Shown here: positions 26,919 to 38,036 of the stretch, in pieces | Layout: each line of letters starts with the position of its first letter | Numbering within the stretch: the stretch's first letter is position 1 | Origin: Macrostomum lignano | Lineage: Eukaryota | Direction of reading: 5' to 3' | Assembly (NCBI GenBank): GCA_002269645.1 | Contig: NIVC01002229.1 | Location: forward strand, 57,927 to 121,926 | DNA length: 64,000 bases | Position numbers and translations under genes: made by a program | The notes under the pieces: model-generated | Told to the model about the DNA's origin: nothing | The model's database searches: none | What the model saw: only the letters and a program-made list of their open reading frames with translations

Positions 26919-28356
26919 CGATCGGCCATGCTAAAGTCGACCAGCCGACGTCGGCCCGAACTCGGAGAACCTCGGGGTGCCGCGTCGTTAACCAATTACC
27001 CAGTGGCAAAGCCGAGCTCGGTCCGAGCTCGGGCCGACGTCGGCCACTCGGCATCCGATCGGCCATGCTAAAGTCGGCCAGCCGACGTCGGCCCGAACTT
27101 GGGAGAACCTCGGGTGCCGCGCCGTTAACCGATTAAAATTTTTAATCAATTAAGCAGAATTTACCTACGATAATCAATTCGATATAATTAAATAAGAACA
27201 CCGCATAAATATAGATGAATAATTTACACTGAAAAAGTGACTCTTTGCAATAAACAAAAACAACGCAATCATACAGCACTTTTGATCCACCATAAAAGTG
27301 AAATTTGCTTTTTACACATAAAAATTGTGTTTTGGCTCAATTAGTTTGCTCGTTGAGCAAGGCAATTTGAGTTTTATGGATTATTCTCCTTCGAGACGAC
27401 CATGACGTGCATGCGTAATAGGTACGGAAAATTCGAAGTACTAAATTTTAATAAATATATATTTGAGCAATTAACCAGATGGAAGAACATAGCTTCGTTC
27501 GTAAAAATATAAATGAATAAATAACTTTTTTAAAATTTACCTAATGCATAGTTATTGCTCATTTTTTCCCATCTCTACATATAAAAATCAAAACTCTGTG
27601 TGTGTGTGTGTCTGTGTGTGGACAATTTTGATCGCTATGGACTCCCAAACCGCTCAACCAAATTACACCAAACTTTTCACCCACCTAAACTTACTACGGA
27701 GAATGTCTTAGGCTACCTTTTAACTTCCTAGACTCAAGTCTTCCTACCTAAAAGTACAAAAAACTGCTCAAAATGCGCGATTTTTTCACTAAATCCTCCA
27801 TAGCGCCGCTCCACTTCTACAGACCCTCTTCAAATTTGACATGAACAATTTTCAACTATTTTGACACAATCGTGTAAAATTTCGAGTCTCAAAGTCAATC
27901 CTGAACGGCGCTATGCACTTTTAAAGTTAGTCTGCTTTTTTCAGCGAGGCAGCCACCCCAACCTCCGCCCGCCTGCCTCTCTTTCCCGATCTGGGCAAAG
28001 GGTGTGAATAGGTTTTAAAATGCCTAACTTTCGGCTGCCATAGTTTTGCTCCACGTGAAGCGATTGACTTCAAATTTGACACAATTCTTCATTGACTCAT
28101 TCTCTATCTAAATGTAAAGTTTCAACTCTGTAACTCAACCGAAAAAGAAACTGTAAGCATGTGAAGTTTGTCTGCTTTTTCTGTTGTTTGTGCCACTCAC
28201 TCACTCATTCCCCCAGAGCCAGACGAAGGGTCAGGCGATAGGGCTCAATGTACATAGCGAATGTACAGTGTTTTGGAATAGCCTTCTCTGTACCCCCGCG
28301 AGTGGAGAGGCGTGGAGAGGAGAGAGTTTAGCGAGAGATTCAACCACTGTCCTCAA

Positions 28357-28846
28357 GGGGACGCTTTCATAAGACCTAAATTTCACAACGCCTAAAACCA
28401 CCACACTTCACAACGCCTAAATTTCATATCGCCTAAATTTCACAACGCCTAAAATTTTTGCACGCTCTTTCACATCGCCTAAATTTCATATCGTCTAAAT
28501 TTCACAATGCCTAAAATCAATAGTGCAGCCTTCTTCACATCGCCTAAATTTCATATCGCCTAAATTTCACAATGCCTAAAATATATGCAGACTCCTTCAC
28601 AAGTCACAACGCCTAAATTTTATATCGCCTAAATTTCACAACGCTTAAAACCGAAAATGCAGCATCCTTCACATCGCCTAAATTTCATATCGCCTAAATT
28701 TCACAACGCCTAAAATCTTTGCTTCTCTCCTTCACATTCAGTTTTAGGTGTTGTGAAATTTAGGCGATGTGAAATTTAGGCGTTGTGAAGGAGGCTGCAT
28801 TTTTGATTTTAGGCGTTGTGAAATTTAGGCGTTATGAAGCGCCCCC
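28357..28846. mobile_element. Small foldback/MITE whose arms are 16-bp repeats (CGCCTAAATTTCACAA)
   Basis: GGGGACGCTTTCATAAGACCTAAATTT at left is inverted by AAATTTAGGCGTTATGAAGCGCCCCC at right. No clear TSD. Confidence 0.6.
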
Positions 28847-29269
28847 CTCACTCCTGTATAAGACAAGTCTGCAGGAGTTAAACAAGGATGGCAAATCAAG
28901 GCGATGTGGGATGGTTTGTAAAATAGCGAAAAAATAATGAATAACTGATTGTAAAATGCAATCTTACTAAATTGCTTACACCATGAAAATTTTAACATTA
29001 AGATACGAATAAGGTACTTGAAAATTTAAATAACCTCCTAAGAAATGCGTATTTCCTTGGTTGTTAGACTGCTGCAGACTGTGGTGGTGGAGCTAGAGAA
29101 TGGAGATACACAAATTCCTCTCAGGACTGCTAATTGGTCAGAAAGAGCACGAGAAATTATAACAACCATGATAGTACTACGTCCCACAAACTGGCTTTCG
29201 AAGCAGGGATCGGCAGATTTTTATCTCAAAGGCCAGATAAAGAATCAAGCTTATGGCTGCGGGCCAGAT

Positions 29270-30900
29270 GAGAGTGAAAAGGAAAAGGAATAGACTATTA
29301 GAAAGGGAGGAGGGGCGAGAGGGGATAAGAGAATAGATAGAAGATCAGGAGAGACGAGGGGGTCGAGGGCAGAGCAGAGAATATGGGAGTCGGGAGGAAG
29401 AAGCGAGAGGAGGGAAGAGAGAAGGGAGATGGAATAGTAGAGGTGAGAAGATGGAGAGAGAAGAGGGGAGAGATGAGACAGAGGATCAATGAGAGAGGAG
29501 AGTAGAGAAGAGTGAGAAGAGATGAGAGATGAGAGAACAGAGAGGCAGATGAGAGAGGATCGAGAGGAGAGATTAGAAAGGATAGAGAAGAGAGGAGATA
29601 AGAGGGGGATAGAGGGGAGAGAGAGGAGTGAGAAGAGGAGATAAGAGATAAGAGAGGGAAGAGTGAGAAGATGAGATAAGATATAAGAGATAAGAGAGAG
29701 AGAGAGAGAGTTGAGAAAGAAGAGAGGAGAAAGGAGAGATGATAGAGTAAAGGGAAGAGGAGGAGAGAGGAAAGAGATGAGATCGTGGAGATGAGAGAGA
29801 TGAAAAAAAGATGATCGAGAGAGTAGAGATGAGAGATGAAGGAAGAGAGAGCAGAGTGCAGAGAGACGAGAGAAGAGAATAGAGGGGAGAGAGTATAGAA
29901 GAGGGAAGAGAAGAGAGGAGTAAGGAAAGAGAGGTGTCAGAAGAGGGGAAAGAGAAGAGTACACAGTAGAGAGGAGAGTAGAGATGACAGAAGAGAGGGG
30001 AATGAGAGAGCGAAGATGAGAGTGAACAGACGATATAAGAGAGGAGAGAGGAGAGTGAGAAAGAAGAGAGAAGACAAGAGAGGGAGAGAGTATAGAAGAG
30101 AGAAGTGAAGAGACAAGAAGAAAGAAGAAAGGATCGAGTCCTCCTGAGTCAAAAAAGGGGAAAGAGAGGAGTACAAGTGGAGAGAGGTGAGAGAACATAT
30201 GAGAGTAAAGATGACAGATAAGAGAGGGGAGATGAGAGATCAGAACAGACGAGAGATGGGAGAGTAGAGAGAAAAGAGGAGAGATAAGAAACAAGAGATG
30301 AGAGGTGCAGACAAGGGAGAGATGAGAAGTGAGTGAGGAGAGAGGAGGGGAAGGGAGAGAATCGAGAAGACAGGGGAAATTGGTGAAAAATACGAGAGAG
30401 GAGAGGAAAGAGGGGAGAGATTAGAGAGAAGAGAGATAGGACAGGAGATAGTAGAGAGATGAGAGGAGAGAGAGGGGAGAGGAGAGAGAAGATAAAATAA
30501 TAGAAATGAGAGATAAGATAGCAAAGACGAGAGAGAAGGGAGGTGAGGGAAGAGACGATAGAAGACATGAGAGGAGAGAGTTGAGAGAAGAGAGGAAAAA
30601 GGAGAGAGTAGAGATAAGGAAAGTGTTAAGAGAGGGTATAGTAAGGAGTGAGAAGAGAGGTGAGGGAAGAGAGAGCAGAGAGCAGAGGGAAACGAGAAGA
30701 GATAAAAGAGGAGAAAGGAGATATGAGAGACCAGAGACCAGAGAGAAAAGAGGAGAGGAGAGAGAAAAGAATAGAGGGGAGAGGGAAGAGACGAGAGAAG
30801 AGACGAGAGAGGAGAGAGGACAGAGGAGAGAAGAAAGAAGAGATAAGAGGAGAGAGAGAAGAGACAAGAGAGAAGATAGGAAACAGAAAAGAAGATGGAA
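29270..30900. repeat. ~1.6-kb GA-rich polypurine tract within the Helitron
   Basis: Almost only A/G on the + strand. The mirror-strand counterpart is at 44990-45075 and 46045-46500. Confidence 0.95.
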
Positions 30901-31374
30901 GTTTCAAAGGATGCAAAGGACATAGGAAGAGGCAGAGGTAGAGGCCAGAGTTTGCCTGACATTCTGCGCAGCACCCCAGCCAACAATAGCAATGTTTGCC
31001 TCCAATCCTAATTTTACACGAATGTGCTCCATTTTATGTCTACCTCTATCCTACCTCTATCTTATCTCTATCTCTATCTCTACCTCCATCTTATCTTCTC
31101 TTTAAATTCATTTGTTTGTGTATGGCCTTAGATTTCAGAATACATGCAAAAGTAGTTCCGGGGATTGGAATTCCCCGGGCTCAAAATCCGCGGGTTTCAA
31201 CAGCTTGTTGATTTGAATATTATTGCTCTCGTGTGGGCCGCGCGGCTCGCCAGGTGATCGTGTCAGACTTGGTTTTATTAATTATTAGCTAATAGTAAAT
31301 TGTAGTCACTGCACGGCTGCTTTTAATGTTAAAATTCATTTAGCTTAGTATTTGTTTTGTTTCAAACCATGTAA

Positions 31375-32610
31375 AACATTAAAGGGCCACCAGGTCAAAC
31401 ATGAAAGTGCCACCATGCCAAACATTAAAGAGCCACCATGCCAAACATAAAAGAGCCACCATGTCGAACATAAAAGAGCCACCATGTCAAACATAAAAGA
31501 GCCACCATGTCGAACATTATTGAGCCACCATGTCGAACATAAAAGAGCCGCCATGTCAAACATAAAAAAGCCACCATGTCAACCATAAAAGAACCACCAC
31601 GTCAAGCATATACATTACTCCATGTCAAACATAAAAGAGCCACCATGTCAAACATTAAAGAGCCACCATGCCAAACATTAAAGAGCCACCATGTCAAACA
31701 TTAAAGAGCCAGCATGTCAAACACTAAAGAGCCAGCATGTCAAACATAAAAGAGCCACCATGTCGAACATTATTGAGCCACCATGTCAGACATTAAAGAG
31801 CCACCATGCCAAACATTAAAGAGCCACCATGTCAAACATTAAAGAGCCAGCATGTCAAACACTAAAGAGCCAGCATGTCAAACATAAAAGAGCCACCATG
31901 TCGAACATTATTGAGCCACCATGTCAGACATTAAAGAGCCACCATGCCAAACATAAAAGAGCCACCATGTCGAACATAAAAGAGCCACCATGTCAAACAT
32001 AAAAGAGCCACCATGTCGAACATTATTGAGCCACCATGTCGAACATAAAAGAGCCACCATGCCAAACATAAAAGAGCCGCCATGTCAAACATAAAAAAGC
32101 CACCATGTCAACCATAAAAGAACCACTACGTCAAGCATATACATTACTCCATGTCAAACATTAAAGAGCCACCATGTCGAAGATTAAAGTGCTACCATGT
32201 CAAACATAAAAGAGCCACCATGTCAAACATTAAAGAGCCACAATGTCAAACACAAAAGAGCACCATGTCAAACATAGAAGAGACACCATGTCGAACAACT
32301 GAGCCACCATGTCAAACATAACAGAGACACCATGTCAAACAACTGAGCCACCATGTCAAACAACTGAGCCACCATGTCAAACATAACAGAGACACCATGT
32401 CAAACATTAAAGAGCCACCATGTCAAACATTAAAGAACCACGATGTCAATCATTAAAGAGCCACTATGTCAAACATATACGTGACTCCATGTCAAACATT
32501 AAAGAGCCACCATGTCAAACATAGAAGAGCCACCATGTCAAACATAGAAGAGACACCATGTGTCCATGTCAAACATAAAAAGAAGTGTCATGCCAAACAA
32601 AATGGAGCCA
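31375..32610. repeat. 23-bp minisatellite (T/A)AAAGAGCCACCATGTCAAACA(T)
   Basis: GAGCCACC at 31453 and 31476. Confidence 0.95.
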
Positions 32611-32644
32611 CTATAAAGCTAAGGAAATTATTGCACTAGATACT

Positions 32645-33195
32645 TGATGTCTGGTGGATGCTTGCTATTTAAGGATGGATACTTGCTATCAGGGGGATGC
32701 TTGCTATCTGAGTGATGCTTGCTATTGGGGGGAGGGATGCTTGCTATCGGAAGAATGCTTGCTATCTGGGGTAACTTGCTATTGGGGAGTGGAGGGTACT
32801 TGCTATCTGAGAGGGGGTTGCTAGCTATCTATAAGAATTCTTCGTATCCAGGGATGCTTGCTATCTGGGGATGGTTGCATGCTGTCTGGGGATGCTTGCA
32901 TGCTGTCTGGGGATGCTTGCATGCTGTCTGGGGATGCTTGCATGCTGTCTGGGGATGCTTGCATGCTGTCTGGGGATGCTTGCTATCTGGAAGATGCTTG
33001 CTATCTGGGGGATGCTTGCGTGCTGTCTGGGGATGCTTACTATATCTGGGGGATTCGTGCTATCTGGAAGATGCTTGCATGCTGTCTGGGGATGCTTGCT
33101 ATCTGGGGGACTCTTGCTATTTGGGGGATGCTTGCTATCTGGGAGATGCTTGCATGCTATCTGGGAGATGCTTGCATGCTGTCTGGGGATGTTTT
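32645..33195. repeat. 17/21-bp minisatellite GGGGATGCTTGC(ATGC)T(A/G)TCT
   Basis: GCTGTCT at 32881 and 32902. Confidence 0.93.
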
Positions 33196-33279
33196 CTTTA
33201 CAGATGGAATGTCTGTTGTCTTTGTGAAAGCTTTATTTCGCTGTCTTTTTGTTACTTTTAGAGAACAGATATTCTATTT

Positions 33280-33311
33280 AGATGTCCCCCATCGGGGGCG
33301 AAGATTGCTAG
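33280..33311 (+). mobile_element. Helitron 3' terminus; its 5' boundary was not identified
   Basis: CCCCC-ATC-GGGGG hairpin + CGAAGATTG + CTAG (33308-33311). Confidence 0.65.
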
Positions 33312-33929
33312 TCCTATATACTAAAAATGAAAATCTTGTATGTTTGTACGCAATCGATTATCTCCAGAATGGCTTAACCGATTTTCATGAGACTTGCACT
33401 GTTCGATCAGAAATTTTCCTGTGACGGTACATGTGTCTTGGCTAACAAATTGCTCGATGCTAAAGGCATTAAATATTCGAAAAACATGCTTTTTTGCAAA
33501 GGTCAAGCAAACTTTTCGACTTGAAATGCATTGTAAGAATGGTAGAGAAAAAACTGACTGGTTGAATTCAGATTCTGAAACAGATTGCATCATAACTGAA
33601 TTGTAACTCCGACTTGAATTGCGTCACAGTATTGAAAATGCAGTGTGGAAGCGTAGCACCAGACTTGATTTAAATTGCGTAACCATATTGTTAACTGATA
33701 CTGACTGACTGAGAAATTGATTATGTCATAACTGCCTCGTGTGATTTACTCTTATGCTTAGAGTTTTGAAACTTATAATTATAAGTGCTAAAATTCATGT
33801 TATCAAAACGATGAGAGCTAGCCTAGAGGTAAACAGACTGAACTGCTAAATGCAGGGACGATGGTTCAAATTTTTAGAGAGTGGAGTTTTTTTAGTTAAA
33901 GCTTTTTACCGCCAAGAAAACTAAAAAAT

Positions 33930-34780
33930 CGTGGAAGCGTCATGAAAAAAAAATCATAAAAGCGTCATGTAAACAATCATAAATGCGTCATATAAACAAT
34001 CATAGAAGTGTCATATAAACAATCATAGAAGCGTCATGTGAAAAGCATAGAAGCGTCATATAAACAATCATAGAAGCGTCATATAAACAATCATAGAAGC
34101 GTCATGTAAAAAATCATAGAAGCGTCATGTAAAAATCATAGAAGCGTCCTGTAAACAATCATAGAAGCGTTATGTAAAAATCATAGAAGCGTCATGTAAA
34201 CATTCATAGAAGCGTCATGTAAAAAGCATAGAAGCGTCATGTAAACAATCATAGAAGCGTCATGTAAAAATCATAAAAGCGTCATGTAAAAATCATAGAA
34301 GCGTCCTGCAGAAATCGTAGAAGCGTCATGATATAATCATAGAAGCGTCATGTAAAAAGCATAGAAGCGTCATGTAAAAATCATAGAAGCGTCATGTAAA
34401 CAATCATAGAAGCGTCATGTAAAAAATCATAGAAGCGTCATGTAAAAAATCATAGAAGCGTCATGTAAACAATCATCGAAGCGTCATCTAAAAAGTCATA
34501 GAAGCGTCATGAAAAAATCATAAGAGCGTCATGAAAAAATCATAGAAGCGTCATGTAAACAATCATAGAAGCGTCATGTAAAAAGCATAGAAGCGTCATG
34601 TAAAAAGCATAGAAGCGTCATGAAAAAATCATAGAAGCGTCATGAAAAAAATCATAGGAGCGTCATGAAAAAATCATAGAAGTGTCATGTAAACAATCAT
34701 AGAAGCGTATGTAAAAAATCATGGAAGCGTCATGTAAAAAATCATGAAAGCGTCATGTAAAAAATTAAGAAGCATCATGG
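33930..34780. repeat. Short array (~0.85 kb) of the same 23-bp satellite, opposite strand
   Basis: ATCATAGAAGCGTCATGTAAA(A/C)A is the reverse complement of the 12440-22825 unit. Confidence 0.95.
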
Positions 34781-35636
34781 TAGAATAAAAGAAGCGTCAT
34801 GTCAGACATGAAGGGTGTCATGTAAAAATTAAATGCAGCTATAATGCTGTGCTGGGGAGAAAAACTGAGACGTAAAGGCTCTCAGAGAATAACTAAGATT
34901 ACGGGGGGGGGGTTTCTGAGATGTCAAAGCAAAATTCAGAAGCTACTTCAAAGTTCATGTACTTTACTCAATTTTTTTATTGCATTCTTTGTTGGCTCGC
35001 CACGGGGGGGGGCGCTGATAGAAGAAGAGTCATGTAAAAAAGAAAAGAAGCACTATGTATACATAAAAGAAAAGTCATGGCGAAGTTAAAAGATTCATTT
35101 GGGAATTGCTACGATGTCAAAGCTTGGTGGAAATCGTTATAGTGCTGTGATTCTTAAAGAAGGAATCACTAAAATGTCAAGGCTTAGGGGAGAAGAATTG
35201 CTGAGATTTCAAGGTTTTAGGTTGGGTTAAAGTTAGGTTTAAGTCAGGTTTGGGTTGAGGGTTAGATTTTAGCGGGTTTCAAGGTTAACAGGGGATTTTT
35301 TAGATTTCAAGGTTTATGGGGGCCATTGCTGACATGTCAAGGCTTACGGGGGGAATAGCTGAGATGTCAAGGCTCACGGGGGTATAAATGAGATTTCAAG
35401 GCTAAAGTCAGAAGCTACATGTAGTTTATTGAAAACTTTTTATTACATTATTTGATGCCTCCTCAGGGGAGGGATCGCTGATAAAAAAGCGTAATGTAAA
35501 AAATAAAAGAAGCTTCATGTCGAAGTTAAGAGATTCATTTGGGAATCCCTACGATGTCGAGGCTTGCAGGGAATCGCTATAATGCTGTAGTAGTGCTATA
35601 ATGACTCTTAGAGAGAATTACTGAAATTTCAATGCT

Positions 35637-35756
35637 TTAGGGTTAGGTTAGGGTTAGGGTTAGGGTTAGGGTTAGGGTTAGGGTTAGGCTAGGGTTAGGG
35701 TTAGGGTTAGGGTTAGGCTAGGGTTAGGGTTAGGGTTAGGCTAGGGTTAGGGTTAG
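35637..35756 (+). repeat. Interstitial telomeric-type (TTAGGG)n, ~19-20 units with variants
   Basis: Direct inspection; the paralogous site 11540-11566 has only ~4 units. Confidence 0.95.
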
Positions 35757-35981
35757 AAGGTTGACAGGTATTTTTAGATTTCCAAGGCTTATTGGGGGCA
35801 TTGCTGAGATGTCAAGGGGGGAAGTTGATATGTTAAAGCTTGTGGGGGGGAATTACTGACATGTCAAGGCTTACAAGGTTTGACAGGAGATTTTTTAAGA
35901 TTTCAAGGATACATGTAGCTTATTAAAAAAAACGTGTATTGCATTTCTTTGGCTCCCCAACGGGGGGCGTAGATTGCTAGT

Positions 35982-36205
35982 TGGAACTCAATGTGGTGTG
36001 ATTGTCAATTGGAACTCAATATGGGGTGATTGTCAATTGGAACTCAATGTGCGGTGATTGTCAATTGGAGCTCAATGTGGTGTGATTGTCAATTGGAACT
36101 CAATGCTGGGTGATTGTCAATTGGAACTCAATGTGGTGTGATTGTCAATTGGAACTCAATGTGGTGTGATTGTCAATTGGAACTCAATGTGGGGTGATTG
36201 TCATT
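35982..36205. repeat. 28-bp minisatellite, ~8 copies
   Basis: GGAACTCAATGTGGTGTGATTGTCAATT, starting at 35983 and 36011. Confidence 0.93.
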
Positions 36206-36315
36206 TCTTAAATGCCCTGCATTATATCCCGGCGGCTCAGGTATTGTATGTATTCAATTATTTTAGTATGCATATAATTGCATGATATAATATTTGATAC
36301 ATTCTCAGCTCTCAC

Positions 36316-36761
36316 CAGCTTATTCATTTTCTCCGTGATGTCCACTGTGCTGAGATCGGGAAACGGGGTGGTCAAGTTCTCCACATTGAACCAGCTCTGG
36401 GCCCACATGTTGCCCAGCAGATGAGCCGGTATATGCCCGGTCTCAGGGAACAGCTCTGCGCCGTACTTGTCCCTCAGCTTCCGACGGACGTAGGCGTGCA
36501 GCTGCTGATAGAAGGGCAGCGCCACGTCCCCACAGCTTGGCCATCATATTCATGAAGTTCTGTCCGGGCCGTGGCTCGTACCAGGACTGCCAGTACTGGG
36601 CGATGTTGCTTATCCGGCCTCGCGGATCATCAAGTTTCCCATGGTCACAAAGTCCGTGTAGTTCTGGCGCATTCGCTTGCCGGAGGCGTCCCGCCAGCCC
36701 TGCCAGAGGGCACGCTTCACCCGCTCCGACTCGTTCGGATCAGCCAGGGCGTCTGTGATGT
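36316..36761 (-). CDS. ACE: Angiotensin-converting enzyme (peptidase M2) family exon, with two compensating 1-nt frameshifts
   Basis: DITDALA...ALWQGWRDASGKRMRQNYTDFV...YWQSWYE...PFYQQLHAYVRRKL...GHIPAHLLGNMWAQSW...PFP. Acceptor CACAG at 36762, donor CTG|GTGAG at 36315. Confidence 0.85.
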
Positions 36762-36914
36762 CTGTGGCGGGCGGGCGGCGGTTCATGGACTGCTAACTGC
36801 ACTGTAGGTGGATTCCTGTCAATTGACTCATCACGGATTTTTTCATAGAAGGAGGAGCGTCTTCGGGGGTGAACGCACGGTATCGCAAACTAGCAAATAA
36901 ACAATCGGTCTCAC

Positions 36915-37005
36915 CTGGATCCAGCTGCATCATTTTGCCAGTGTCTGGGTGGGGCACTTGAGCGGTGCTGTAGATTCCCGACATCTGCGTAGACAGCTGG
37001 CCGTA
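36915..37005 (-). CDS. ACE: ACE-family upstream exon (91 nt)
   Basis: CCGCAG|YGQLSTQMSGIYSTAQVPHPDTGKMMQLDP G|GTGAGA. Resembles ACE [29 protein letters not shown], and phase 1 fits the next exon. Confidence 0.85.
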
Positions 37006-37204
37006 CTGCGGTGCGGGGTTCGGGCGGCAACAGAGAGCTACAGTGAATTAATTACAGTCTAATTTTTATTTTAACCGTCCACTACGAGCTGGTTTTCAAA
37101 TTGCGTTTGTGGGTTTCAAACTTTTCTACGCATCGCGTTGGTCTACAAGGCTGGTTAAATCGTTTTTTTTATAATATGGTACGTATGTCCCCACAATATT
37201 GTTA

Positions 37205-37244
37205 CAAGGACCACTATTACCGTTGTAACTTCTAGTGGTCCTTG
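37205..37244. mobile_element. 40-bp internally deleted TIR element (P-like)
   Basis: TIR CAAGGACCACTA/TAGTGGTCCTTG; flanks TATTGTTA and TATTGTTT (7/8 match). Confidence 0.55.
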
Positions 37245-37323
37245 TATTGTTTTTGTTTTCAAAATCTTAACGACGAAAACGCAGTGCTGGTGCTTTGATT
37301 TCTAATATTTTATTGCACGCTGT

Positions 37324-37560
37324 AATAATAATAAATAATAATTTACGCAATAGCGCAACTATTGCGCGGCGAGTCTGAAGGCTGCGTACGGCTGTTCAGT
37401 CCAAGGACTGGGGGGGGGTCACCACATCCCCTCAATTACCCCAGCTAATGCTGGCACCCATTTTACAGCTGGGTGAACTGAAGCAATGCAGAGTTAAGTG
37501 TCTTGCTCAAGGACACAAATTGTTCCGAGTGATATCGGGAATCGAACCCCCTCGAACGAA
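37324..37560 (-). mobile_element. tRNA-derived CORE-type SINE
   Basis: B-box GGTTCGATTCCCG on the minus strand (37536-37548). CCCATTTTACAGCTGGGTGAACTGAAGCAATGCAGAGTTAAGTGTCTTGCTCAAGGACACA resembles the MIR CORE antisense strand. (ATT)n 3' tail at 37324-37342. Confidence 0.65.
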
Positions 37561-38036
37561 CTCTGTACAATGTGCTAAACTTGCTAATTAGGCTAGATTT
37601 GTTTTACCACCTACAAAGCAGCGGTTTTAACCCGTATCTAAACCGATACCATTCCCTTATGGCAATGTCACTAGAGGTAGACATGCATATATAGCTCTTA
37701 ATTCGTACTCTGAGAACGGGTGTACCTTAAATGGCGCTTATCCACGATAATTACACTAGACATCAGCTAAATCTATTTACATCATCTGTGTAGCATGCGC
37801 AGGCAGGCAGTTCGGGTACCTAGTTTGCACTCCGTGACCCCCACCCAGCCTATCCACTTCCCTCTGCTCGAGCACATCCCAACGCGCACTCAATGAACCG
37901 GAAATCTGTGTTCTACCAGACAATAAATATACAGGCACAGCCACATTCTATTTCTTCACCTTTTTGAGTGGCTAACTAACACTCGCAACAAACAGCTAGA
38001 GTTGCTCGCTACATTGGCGTCACAAGCCAGAACCCA

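Larger units (their letters stand above)
27572..31207 (+). mobile_element. Non-autonomous Helitron (3636 bp)
   Basis: 5' end A|TCTCTACATATAAAAATC...(GT)n...CAAACCGCTCAACCAAATT; 3' end CCCGGGCTCAAAATCCGCGGG...CAACAGCTTG|T; A|T target with no TSD. The terminal tetramer is CTTG rather than canonical CTRR. Confidence 0.75.
26999..31350. mobile_element. Family X copy 2, left part, interrupted by a Helitron at 27572-31207
   Basis: Starts CCCAGTGGCAAAGCC. The sequence TTATTGCTCATTTTTTCCCA|TTGATTTGAATATT is split around the insert and is contiguous in the copies near 24430 and 44090. Confidence 0.75.
33312..35980 (+). mobile_element. Non-autonomous Helitron (2669 bp) containing the 23-bp satellite and a TTAGGG array
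   Basis: 5' end TCCTATATACTAAAAATGAAAATC...TGTTTGT...AACCGATTTTCATGAGACTTG (typical Helitron head); 3' hairpin + CTAG|T at 35977-35981. The 3' part is shared with 11318-12440. Confidence 0.7.

Noticed and set aside
29251-30992. Leu/Ser-rich (minus) and Arg/Glu-rich (plus) ORFs
   Set aside because: Products of the GA low-complexity tract.
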